From contig LSRY02000055.1 of NCBI GenBank assembly GCA_001643675.2, forward strand, positions 372,001 to 436,000: 64,000 bases of DNA, read 5' to 3'. This document shows, piece by piece, positions 24,262 to 36,599 of the stretch. The translations under genes were made by a program, and so were the position numbers. Origin of the DNA: Monocercomonoides exilis PA203 (lineage: Eukaryota > Protista > Preaxostyla). The notes beneath the pieces are model-generated. The model had not been told where the DNA came from. It saw only the letters and a program-made list of their open reading frames with translations, and ran no database searches. Each line of letters opens with the position of its first letter. Position 1 is the first letter of the stretch.

Positions 24262-26330
24262 TTATGTGATAAATATCCTTCCCTCGATATTGCCTGCCAC
24301 TTTCCTTGCCCCAAAAAAATACCACAAACTTCTCATTTACCTTATGTTCCAAAATTCTATATAATTTTGTGCAGATTTTATCCTTCGCAGAATTCCTTCT
24401 GATTATCTTCATTCAACAAAATATCAATTGAATTTGTTTTCACCTCTTGTTCCAAATAAAAACCATATATCTTGCGTAACTTCATTTATTTCCCAATGCC
24501 TATATAATAATCTGCTCCGTTCTCATCGTATTGCTCCACAAAGCGGAGATTGGCCATTTCAACAATAACTCATATTCCTGCACTTTGGAGAGGATACGGA
24601 TGGAAATATCTTCACAATCAATAGAACTATATAAATTACAAACATTATGTCTTTTTGTGTGATTGATGAAATTGTTGTGTTCCCCTTGGCCACCCAATTA
24701 CCAACAATCATCAGATAGAATTCCAATAATATTGCATCTCACCATTGTCTGTTGTCACACAGGAAATAATATTCCTAGCTCTACAGGTAATGTTCACTCA
24801 CGGATTTCTCATTCTGTGAATGGAATATTCCGTTTTTTCAAATCTGATGATCATTGAATCCATTACAAAAAAGACTCAAACCAACAAATCATTTTGATAT
24901 TTTCTTTTCTCGGCAATGGCTGAGTGAAAATGGACGTGGTTGAGAAGGGTGTGTGGAAACAAAAATTAAACTTGTTTTGGGTATATATTTGTTCATTTTC
25001 TGAATTTCATGTGTTTGGCAGTGTTTGATTTCTAAGCGAGATTGTTTGCGGGGAGCAGGGTTCAGCTTGTGGCTGATCAGAGAAGCGGATGCGCACATAG
25101 AGAAAATGGTGCTTGCAGCAGCTATGTTTGATGGGATGATTTTTCAGCAGTTCGTTTTTTGGAAAAGAAAGGCGAGCGTGGGAAACAATGTTTGTGAGAA
25201 GGAGAAAGAAAGGGGAGAGGAATGGAGAGTGCGGGGTGGAGTGCATGTTTGGCGGAGGAACATATTGCAGCTGGGATTTATATACACATATTTTTTATTT
25301 TAAAGGGGGTGACAAAAGCGAGTTGGATGTTGTATTTTTGGGAGCTGATGGCTGGCGATGTTTGGGGATGCAGTCATGCTCATCTGGGCAGTCGAGGCAG
25401 CACAGGAAAGGGACTGTGCGATTGTTTTGTGAGCCCTTCGGGGTGTAGGAGGAGACAGGTTTGGTGATTTGTTTCATGAGAATTTATATATTTTATATTT
25501 AATTTTATTTTATTTTTCTTTATTGAGGATATTGAGTGAATTGCCGAAAGATGCATGGAAAGCCATCACATGTTGCCTGAGGGATGGCGATGGAACTCTG
25601 ACTGTTTTTTTTAAGCCTTGCTTGAAGAATGAGAAGAAGAGGGGAAGAAGAGATATTTTATATTTTTTTTTTGGAATGAGGGCTGGATGGAGGAAGATGA
25701 GAAGAGAAGAATGGTGAGAGTGAGGTTGAATGGGTAATGGAAGAGCGGGAGAGAACAACATTTAATTTTTTCTTTATTTGGAATTGGGTTTGAAAGGCGA
25801 AGGCGTGGTGTGTGTGGTGCTTGGAGTGGATGATGTTGGGGTGAGAGTTAATTGGAGAGAGGCAAACAGGTGACGAGGGGAGTGAAGTGATATGAAGATT
25901 TGTGGAGGTATTTTATTCTTGTTTGTTCATTTTCTTCATGTTCTATTTTTTATTTGTATTTTTGAATTTTTGATTTCATTGATGTGTGATGCGATCAGGT
26001 GTTGCCAGAAGCGCTGGGGGAGCATGAAACATGGGACATGGAAACAGTACTTTTTTCTGGGACAGTCCTGGGAAAAATTGGGAGAAATCAGCAACTGAAG
26101 AGCGTTTGGCAGAATGATCCAGGCGGAAAAAACTGAAGAGAATGGGGAAGAAATTTTTGTGGAATTTTTTTTAACAAAAATCTTTTTGGAAGCAGCAGCA
26201 AAAGAAGAGGCAGAATAAGGGGAACTCAAGCTCAATGGGATAATTTTTTGACATGGCGCTAAGAGGCATGGGGAAGGGGGAGAAGGAAAAGGAAGAATTT
26301 CTGTGAATGAAATTCATTTCTCTTCATTTT
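24262..26330 (+). repeat. Cassette-upstream module, copy 2 (upstream of D); belongs to both P2 and P3 arms
   Basis: Reverse complement of both 3100-5140 and 32200-34370. Confidence 0.9.
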
Positions 26331-27820
26331 GCCAATTTTTCGCTTCACCCTCTTTTCCTCTTGTATTCCTCTCACATCTGACATTTTTCAACATCACAAC
26401 AGCATCTACAGATTGTCCATCTCCAACAACTACATTTTCTCAAATATCAAGTTTTATGAACAGTTGCTCTATCTCATCAGTCTGTGATGCATATGATGGC
26501 GGAATTGTTCCTTCACTCAACAACCTCTGTGCCTCTTTGACTGCCTCAAACACCTCATTCGTTGGGTGTTGCAGAACAAGAAATGTTGAATGCACTGGAA
26601 CTGCAGAGGTTCCATTGAAGCCAGACAGACAGAACGAAACATTCAATGGAGCAAATACATTCACGTGGTGCGAGTGGAACGGATCGAAGGCTGCTGGAGA
26701 AGTTAGCTCATACGCCGATGGCTCTTCGAATGGTGGAGCAATTTGCATGTTCAGCTTATCGTCTGGAATGCTTTCAGTGAAATGCTGTTCGTTCAGTGGA
26801 TGTGAAGCGTATTATTCGGGAGGAGGCATTCATTGCTACAACATCAAATCGGTTGATATAACAAATAACACATTCGACTCATGCACTGCTCGAACATGGA
26901 TTGGAGGAGGGATGTGCATTTTAACAATTACAATTTGTGTTCGGATCAGCGAATGTGAATTCCAGAATTGCAAAGCGAATAGCTATGGAGGAGGACTTTA
27001 TCTTGGTGATTTTCAGGTTTCAGGAATAGGATGCATTCCAACAGAAAATGAAGGAGGGGAGAGCGCGTGTGTGTTTGACTGCAGTTTCACTTCATGCTCG
27101 ATAACAAACAATGGAGGTGGGGGTATGTATTGTGCTACTGTTCCTGCAACGCAATTCAAAATGAGGAGCATTCAGTTCATCTCATGTTCAGCATCTGCAC
27201 ATGGAGGGGGTTTGAGATTGCATCCCAACAGACCAACAGCGCCTGGAGATGGAATCTATTGTTATTTCCTGTTCTTTCACGAATGCAAATGTTCGGCCAA
27301 TCCTCCTTATGGGCATGATGTTGAATATGCAGATTATTACAGTCTTTATTTGAGTTCAGGAAATCCGTTCAAAGAATGCGATACAACGAACGCAGATGAG
27401 AAGAGAATGTGCTACGCCTACAACTACTCAAATGCAAATGCTTGGGCATTTCAGCACACAGAAAAGAAGGAATGGCTGAAGGATAAGACGATTTATGTTT
27501 CGGTGAATGGGAATGATTCATATGAGCTGTGTGGGGCGAATGAATCAAATCCGTGTCTGACAGTGAAGAATGCGTTTGAGATGTGTAAGATACAAATAAG
27601 CTTGACAATCACGCTGATGGAAGGGGATCACACAAGCGAGGCAACAACTATTGAGATTGGAACAAAGAAGATTTCAGTCATTGGGAAAGACAAAGAGAAA
27701 TGTTCGATTGGAACAGGAGCCCTTTCATCGGTAGGAACGCTGTTCAGTGTGTCAACAGGTAATCTTGGTTTATTGCACATGAAGGTTGATTGCAACTCAT
27801 CGGTAAGTCCTCATTCATGA
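26303..27820 (+). pseudogene. Cassette D: beta-helix family copy, truncated
   Basis: 505-aa stop-free frame with the family motifs. The GTG start is an ORF-finder artefact. Ends at VDCNSSVSPHS. Confidence 0.85.
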
Positions 27821-30668
27821 ATATTTAAGTGTTGTTAATGAGGTGTGCTTTGGGAGTGAATGCACAATAGTAGAAAATATCTTTTTGTTTGGCACATGAT
27901 GCACTTTTATGCAACAAGTTTTGTTAACAGTCACAAGTACTGAGACATTTTCGGATATTTTTTTGTTTGTTAGTTTGTTTTGAGGGATTATAAACTTCAG
28001 TTTATCTATTTTTGTTTGAGAAATCAATGAAAATATGAACACAAAGTTAATTTGATAACAATGTGAATGTAATTTTTATTTTTTTGTTTTTTATTAAATC
28101 CTTTCAGAAAAGAGGGGAAATATCTATTTGATGCCAAAAAATAGAAAACAAATTATTGAAAAGATGAGTTATTATTTCTGAATGAAAAGAATTATTATTC
28201 TTTTATATTTTTGAATTGGAATAATAGAACATTTACGAATTGTTATTGGAAATAAAAATGCACCTCAATGACAAGTTATATCATATTTAATTGAACAATT
28301 TTATTTTTTGTTTTTTGCTGTTTTTGTCAAAGAACTTGGAAAAGAATATTTTTTTGAATTGATAAGAAGTTTGAAATCTGTTCAGCTTGTTCGATAATTA
28401 TGTATTCATTTTTTTCATAAATAATCATCTTTCTTTTTTCAAATCAAATTAATCATAAGAAACTGACATTTCTCAAATTCTTCCTTCATAATTTTAATAC
28501 AATCAAATAATTCGAATCGAGTTTGCGAATCTTCAAGAAAAACAAAAAAAACACTCAATGTTATTTTTAATAATAATTCAGTTAATGATTTATGAGATAT
28601 TGATTTTGATAACTTTTGTTGAGTCAGATATTCATCAAAACCCCCATCCCCATTTTTTGTATTTGAAATCTTTTGTTATTTTTGTCAGTCTCATATTATC
28701 ATCAAGATACATTCTTTGAAACATGAAATAAATGATCGACAAGTTTGGAAATGTTATTGTTATTGTTTTCTGATGTCTCAAACAGATCTTGAGTTGTGTT
28801 GTAATGTTCTTGTGATCAAAGACTTGCTCGTATTTCCATTGACATTTTGAGACCAGTTATTTTCCTGTGATGAGTGAATCCACCATTCACACATTTTTAT
28901 TTCATTTCTCCAAACAGTTCATATCTTTCAAAACACTTTTTAATATTCATTGATCAATTCACCAATTGTTCTTCTTTTAAATCACTGAAAAGTCACAAAT
29001 GTTTAATTTACATGTCTTATCAATCATTCCATTGAAAGAATAACTTCTTTATTCAATCTGAAATATTTCTTGTTATTGTCATATATGTTCACAAATGAAT
29101 TTTTCATTTTGAAAAATCTCAAACGTTTGATTTTCTGGTCAATCGAAAGCTGAGTTATTTCATCAGCTTTCACATCACCTTATTTATTTCTATTAGACGA
29201 GACAAATAAACAAATTTCATTGTTTTGAATTTGATGTTTCAAAAAAGGAATTTGAAAGATTTGTCAAGAAAGCTGATGAAATAATGAGATGTTTGATTGA
29301 CCAGAAAATCAAACGTTTGAGATTTTTCAAAATGAAAAATTCATTTGTGAACATATATGACAATAACAAGAAATATTTCAGATTGAATAAAGAAGTTATT
29401 CTTTCAATGGAATGATTGATAAGACATGTAAATTAAACATTTGTGACTTTTCAAAAAAAAAAAAGGGATGATTTAAAAAGAAGAACAATTGGTGAATTGA
29501 TCAATGAATATTAAAAAAGTGTTTTTGAAAGATATGAACTGTTTGGAGAAATGAAATAAAAATGTGTGAATGGTGGATTCACTCATCACAGGAAAATAAC
29601 TGGTCTCAAAAATGTCAATGGAAATACGAGCAAGTCTTTGATCACAAGAACATTACAACACAACTCAAGATCTGTTTGAGACATCAGCAAATGAAAACCA
29701 GAACTTCACAGAAATCATTCCCCAATAACAATAACATTTCCAAACTTGTCGATCATTTATTTCATGTTTCAAAGAATGTATCTTGATGATAATATGAGAC
29801 TGACAAAAATAACAAAAGATTTCAAATACAAAAAATGGGGATGGGGGTTTTGATGAATATCTGACTCAACAAAAGTTATCAAAATCAATATCTCACTAAT
29901 CAATAACTGAATTATTATTAAAAATAATATTGAGTGTTTTTTGTTTTTCTTGAAGATTCACAAACTCGATTCAAATAATATGATTGTATTAAAATTATGA
30001 AGGAAGAATTTGAGAAATGTCAGTTTCTTATGATTAATTTGATTTGAAAAAAGAAAGATGATTATTTATGAAAAAAATGAATACATAATTATCGAACAAG
30101 CTGAACAGATTTCAAACTTCTTATCAATTCAAAAAAATATTCTTTTCCAAGTTCTTTGACAAAAACAGCAAAAAACAAAAAATAAAATTGTTCAATTAAA
30201 TATGATATAACTTGTCATTGAGGTGCATTTTTATTTCCAATAACAATTCGTAAATGTTCTATTATTCCAATTCAAAAATATAAAAGATAAAAAAATTTTT
30301 TTCTCATTCAGAAATAATAACTCATCTTTTCAACAATTTGTTTTCTATTTTTTGGCATCAAATAGATATTTCCCCTCTTTTCTGAAAGGATTCAATAAAA
30401 AACAAAAAAATAAAAATTACATTCACATTGTTATCAAATTAACTTTGTGTTCATATTTTCATTGATTTCTCAAACAAAAATAGATAAACTGAAGTTTATA
30501 ATCCCTCAAAACAAACTAACAAACAAAAAAATATCCGAAAATGTCTCAATGCTTGAGATTGTTAACAAAACTTGTTGCATAAAAGTGCATCATGTGCCAA
30601 ACAAAAAGATATTTTCTACTATTGTGCATTCACTCCCAAAGCACACCTCATTAACAACACTTAAATAT

Positions 30669-32225
30669 TCATGAATGAGGACTTACCGATGAGTTGCAAT
30701 CAACCTTCAAATGACTCATTTCAAGATAACCTGTAGTCACACCGAATAGCGCTCCAGCTGCTGATGGTGGAGAAGATAATAAAAGTGCCCCTGTTCCAAT
30801 CGAACTCTTATCTTTGCCTTTCCCAATGACTGAAATCTTCTTTTCCCCAATCTCAATAGTCGCTGTCTCGCTCACATGATTCCCGTCCATCAGCGTTATT
30901 GTCAAGCTTATCTGTATTTCGCACATCTCAAACGCCTTCTTCACTGTCAGACACGGAAATGTTGTATTTGCCCCACACAACTCAAAATTATCATCTCCAC
31001 CAACAGAGACATAGATCGTCTTATCTTTCAACCACCACTTCTTTTCTGTATGCTGACGAGACCAAACATTTTCTGCTGAGTAGTTATAAGAAAAGCAAAC
31101 TCTCTTATCATCAACATTTGTCGTATAGCATTCAAAGAAAGCATTTCCAGAACCCAAATATGCATTATATGAATCATAAAATATCAAATCATGCCCATAT
31201 GGAGCGGATGTGGTTCTGCACTTGCATTCATGGAAGAACAAAAAATAACAGTAAATTGTTTCATTTGATGTGGATGCTCGATTTGGATAAAAGCTTAATC
31301 CTCCGCCATATCCATTTGCTGTACATGAAATAAATTGAATGCTCCTCATTTTGAACTGACTTGGAACAGTCACACAACGCATGCCTCCGCCGCCGGTATT
31401 TGTTATTGAGCATGAAGTGAAGCTGCAGTCAAACACACACGCGCTCTCCCCTCCTTCATTTTCTGCTTCAATACATCCAGTTCCTGAAACCTGAAAATAA
31501 TCTAATTTTAACCCTCCCCCTAGGCCACTAGCTTTACAATTTTCAAACTCACATCCACTCACCCGAGCACATGTTGAAACGTCATATAAATATACACCTC
31601 CCCCATATCGATTTGAGGAGATGCAGCAATTGAAAGTGCTGCTTTCAACAGTCGCTGCTTTGATAGTATAGCACATAATCCCTCCTCCACACCAATATGA
31701 TGAGCAGTCGTTGAACGCGCAGTGAGAAACGGTAAGTGTTCCAGATGTCAAATCACGCATGAATATTGCTCCTCCATTCGAGGCTTGATTTGAATAATCG
31801 TCGCTCTTCTCAGTAGCCTTCGATCCGTTCCACTCGCACCAAATAAATGAATTTTCTCCATTTTCTGTTTCGTTTTGCCTCCCTGGCTGTTTCTTATTAT
31901 CTGCATTTCCTTCACATTTCACGTTTCTTGTCCGGCAGCATCCAATGAACGATGTGTTTGAGGCAGTCAAAGATGCCACGGGGTTATTGAGTGAGGGAAC
32001 AATCCCGCCATCATATGCATCACAAACAGACGAAAATGAGCAGCTGCTCATCATACAAGTGGTTTGGGTTGACGTAGTTGTTTGAGATGAACATTCTGAA
32101 GATGCTGTTGAGGTGTTGAAAAATGTCAGATGTGAGAGGGATATTAGGGGAATGGAAGGTGAAGAGAAAAATTGGAAAAAAAGAGGAAAAGTGTGATTTG
32201 CTCGCTGAAATTCTTCCTTTTTTGC
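30669..32225 (-). pseudogene. Cassette D': mirror-positioned to D but strongly divergent core
   Basis: ORF 30669-32054 (461 aa). Family homology continues upstream to ~32225 across a homopolymer frameshift near 32137. Same C-terminus as D. Confidence 0.85.
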
Positions 32226-34370
32226 CTCCTTCTCTTCCCCATACCTCTTAGCGCCATGTCAAAAAATATCACATTGAGCTTGAGTTCCCCTTATTCTGCC
32301 TCTTCTTTTGCTGCTGCTTCCAAAAAGATTTTTGTTAAAAAAAATTCCACAAAAATTTCTTCCCCATTCTCTTCAGTTTTTTCCATTTCGCTCATTCTGC
32401 CAAACGCTCTTCGGTTGCTGTTTTCTTCCAATTTTTCCCAGGACTGTCCCAGAAAAAAGTTGTGTTTCCACATCCCATGTTTCATGCTCCCCCAGCGCTT
32501 CTGACAGCACCTGATCGCATCACACATCAATCAAATCAAAAAATACAAATAATAAATGATATGTGAAGAAAATGAACAAACAAGAATAAAATACCTCCAC
32601 AAATCTTCATTTCCCTTCACTCCCCTCATCCCCTGTTTGCCTCTCTCCAATTAACTCTCACCCCAACATCATCCACTCCAAGCACCACACACACCACGCC
32701 TTCGCCTTTCAAACCCAATTCCAAATAAAGAAAAAATTAAATGTTGTTCTCTCCCGCTCTTCCATTACCCATTCAACCTCACTCTCACCATTCTTCTCTT
32801 CTCATCTTCCTCCATCCAGCCCTCATTCCAAAAAAAAAATATAAAATATCTCTTCTTCCCCTCTTCTTCTCATTCTTCAAGCAAGGCTTAAAAAAAACAG
32901 TCAGAGTTCCATCGCCATCCCTCAGGCAACATGTGATGGCTTTCCATGCATCTTTCGGCAATTCACTCAATATCTTCAATAAAAAAAATAAAGAAATAAA
33001 CAGAAAATTTAATATAAAAAATATATATAAATTCTTATGAAACAAATCATCAAACATGTCTCCTCTTTCACCATGAAAGGCTCACAAAACAATCGTACAT
33101 TCCCTTTCCTGTGCTGCCTCGACTGCCCAGATGAGCATGACTGCATCCCCAAACATCCTGTCTCGACCTCTCATCCCCATCTCCTTGCTCCCCATCCCCT
33201 CCTCCATTCTCATATTGTTCATGTTAGCTATCGTCGATGTGTGCCTTCCAACACACACCCACCTCAATCCTCTTTTATCATCCCCACCCATCAGCTCCCA
33301 AAGTACAACATCCAACTCGCTTTTGTCACCCCCTTTAAAATAAAAAATATGTCTGTATAAATTCCACTTGCAATGTGTTCCTCCACCAAGCAGGCACTCC
33401 ACCCCGCACTCTCCATTCCCTTCCCTTTCCTGCTCCTTCTCACAAACATTGTTTCCCACGCTCGCCTTTCTTTTCCAAAAAACGAACTGCTGAAAAATCA
33501 TCCCATCAAACATAGCTGCTGCAAGCACCATTTTCTCTATGTGCGCATCCGCTCCTCTGATCAGCCACAAGCTGAACCCTGCTCCCCACAAACAAACTCG
33601 CTTAGAAATCAAACACTGCCAAACACATGAAATTCAGAAAATGAATAAAATATCCGCCAAACAAGTTTAATTTTTGTTTCCACACACCCTTCTCAACCAC
33701 GTCCATTTTCACTCAGCCATTGCCGAGAAAAGAAAATATCAAAATGATTTGTTGGTTTGAGTCTTTTTTGTAATGGATTCAATGATCATCAGATTTGAAA
33801 AAACGGAATATTCCATTCACATAATGAGAAATCCGTGAGGGAGCATGACCTGTAGAGCTAGAAATATTATTTCCTGTGTGACAACAGACAATGGTGGAGA
33901 TTCAAAAATTCTGAAATTCTGCCTGATGATTGTTGGAGATTGGATGGCCAAGGGGAACACAACAATTTCATCAATCACACAAAAAGACATAATGTATGTA
34001 ATTTTCATTGTTCTATTGATTGTGAAGATATTTCCGTCTGTATCCCTTCCAAAGTGCAGGAATCCGAATTATTGTTGAAATGGCCAATCCCCGCTTTGTG
34101 GAGCAATACGATGAGAACGGAGCAGATTATTATATAGGCATTGGGGATCAAATGTAGTTACGGAAGATACATGATTTTTATTTGGAACAAAAGGTGAAAA
34201 CAAATTCGACTGACGTTTCATTGAATGAAGATAAAAAGAAGGAATTCTGCAGAGGATAAAATCTGCACAAAATTATATAGAATTTTGGAACATAAGGTAA
34301 AGGAGAAGCTTTTTTGGGCAAAAAATGCAACTGGCAATATCGAGGGAAGGAAATTTATTACATAAAAAAG
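32200..34370 (-). repeat. Cassette-upstream module, copy 3 (upstream of D'); belongs to both P3 and P4 arms
   Basis: Direct repeat of 3100-5140 with an extra 125-bp segment at ~33159-33283. Confidence 0.9.
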
Positions 34371-35796
34371 GCAAGAATTCAACGAAAAAAAAGGAGAGCC
34401 CCAAAATATCAGTTTTATTTATAAGGTTTTCCTGTTTTTCGGACTGTGCTGGGTAGACATGGAAGGCTGCGAAATTCTATTTCTGATTCCGCTTTTGCTT
34501 CAAAAGAGTGGAGAAACGCCAACTACGAGACATCCAATTATCGAATATTTGTTGGCAGTTGAACAACATTCAGGCCAACCGCTTTTGGATTTCATTCTTC
34601 GAAGGGACAGCCATTTTGAGTGAGCAATGTGATTATCATTCGAAGTTTGCTTTCTTCGATACCACAGCCGATGAAAGAGAATTCGATGGGTTTTGTTTTC
34701 TTCATTTGTTTTTCAACAAAGCTGTTGTTTCGCTCAGCTTCTATGTTTGTACATGGTCCATTGAATTTTGTGCATTGTGCATCAGAGAATGCATTTCAGA
34801 AGCATTGTCATCTGCATCAAGAGCATCGATGAATGAATGGCAACATTTCCATCCATCTTCCTCTTCGCTGTTGAAGCACAGCCAACTCATTCTCTTCGTT
34901 TTCATCAGGGTTTATCTTCCTCATCCGCGATCTCGTTGGCATTTGATGCCTTCCAATCACGCAGGCCGAAGAGCGACGTCCTTCAAGCACAGAAAGATGA
35001 GCATCCCTTCCTTCCTCTGCATCCCCTTTTCGTCTGCTTCAATCTGCCGATCGTTGTCGTCTATTTCTTCTTCCCCTTTTTCTTCTGTGAAGCGAGCTTG
35101 GCGAATGCCCAAAAGCACAAAGTGTGGTCATTCAAGCCACAAGCACCCAAAGTCTGCAAACGCTAATTTTTTTTTATTTTTTCGATTGAGATTATCTTCT
35201 ATCTTCTTTATTTTTTTTTTTATTTCAAGATTTTGAAGGATGGAAAAAGCGACGCAAAAAAACATTTATTTTCTTTGCTTGATCATTTGTTGAAGGAAGG
35301 AGCAAGAAGGCGGAGAGGAAGGGACAGGGCAGGACGGAGAGAAGAAGAAGAAGAGGAGGAGGAGGAAGAAGAAGAAGAAGAAGAAGAGAGTAAAAAGAAA
35401 AAGAAGAAGATTGAATGAAAGTGAATGGATAGGAATGGCACTTGGGACGGGCCTGTAGGATTTGGTCGAATGGGTTGGAGCGATGCAGAAGCGGAAGGGA
35501 TGCACAGAGGGTGGATGGTGTGTCATTCTGCTTTGTCTGAATTATTTCTTTGTTTTGAAATTAGTTTTGGAATATGTTTTTTATCATATAACTATATTCA
35601 ATATTTATTTATTATTTAAATATATTTTGATTTTTCTATTTTTCAATTCAACTTCCGCGTTTCTTTTCCTCATTCTTCTTCTCCATTTTTTTTTAAAATC
35701 AACTTCGATCGCCTCTGTTTTATATTTGCATATCTGACAAATGAATATTCTTTATTCTTATCGATTTCATGACATTCTATGATATCAGCTCCCTGT

Positions 35797-35866
35797 TTCT
35801 TCTTCCTCTTCTTCCTCTTCTTCCTCTTCTTCCTCTTCTTCCTCTTCTTCCTCTTCTTCCTCTTCT
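35797..35866 (+). repeat. 9-bp tandem repeat (TTCTTCCTC)n; mirror at ~44398-44467
   Basis: Read directly, about 7-8 units. Confidence 0.9.
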
Positions 35867-36599
35867 TTCTCCACTTCCTCTTCTTCTTTATTATTATAGT
35901 TGTTATTGTTAGGAAAACGATGAGAAACGTGAATGTTGGCCTCTACAAAAGTTGCGAGGAGGGAAGGATGGCAGGCATCCAAGCGTAATGCCGCCGAGGT
36001 TGTTTCCTTTGCAGTTTGAGCAGTCAGCATTGAAAGAAGTGTGATGCAGATAGGCGATTGGTGTTTTCTCGCTGAGTGTGTATCTTTTTGTGGATGGGGC
36101 AGAAAGTGTGATTATTAGGCGGAAGGGGAAGAAGGGGACTTTGAGATTGGGAATTGGGAATTGCAGATTGGAGGCTTATTGAGGAATGAGCGAGGTGCAA
36201 GCGTGTAGAACAACAGGAGACGCTGTTTGCATTTCCTGTTTTGCTGGAAGAAAAAAGGAAAGGAAAGGAAATAAAGAGACAAGAATTAAAATTCGAAGAA
36301 AGGGAAGAAGGTTTGCTTTGCTTTCAATATTTTATTATTATTCAAAAATTATCTCTTGGTGTTTCTGTTATTATTGTTGTTGCGAACGTGCCAGCGGCAT
36401 TAGAGCAGTTGGAAAGATTTTTGAAAGTGATGCAGAAATGTTGCGTTTGAACAAAAAAGCGAGTTCAACAATTCTTGGAGCTTGAGAAGAACATCGGGGA
36501 ACAGCTTCATGATATCTTACAAAAGCAAAAGTTTTGTCGAAAAGGTGCACGTGGACTTTTTAGAAGGAGTTCTTTATACGCAGCAAAAGAATCGGGAAA

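Larger units (their letters stand above)
1520..27800. repeat. Giant palindrome P2, axis ~14,708
   Basis: Inner arm ends are 14638 and 14777 (138-bp spacer). Mirror ORF pairs sum to ~29,402-29,416 (11284/18128, 8073/21332, 4705/24697). Arms ~8030-14638 and 14777-~21380 are near-identical. The outer arms carry SNPs and end in the paralogous cassettes A and D. Confidence 0.95.
24262..34370. repeat. Giant palindrome P3, axis ~29,220
   Basis: 29144 pairs with 29295, and 29155-29171 pairs with 29268-29284 (96-bp spacer). 27790-29144 mirrors 29295-30700 with SNPs and small indels. The upstream modules also mirror each other. Confidence 0.95.

Noticed and set aside
27792-27800. GTAAGT splice donor at the end of D and D'
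   Set aside because: The bases align with coding sequence in paralogues (LSP in E), and no continuation exon is visible before the axis. Splicing cannot be fully excluded without RNA data.
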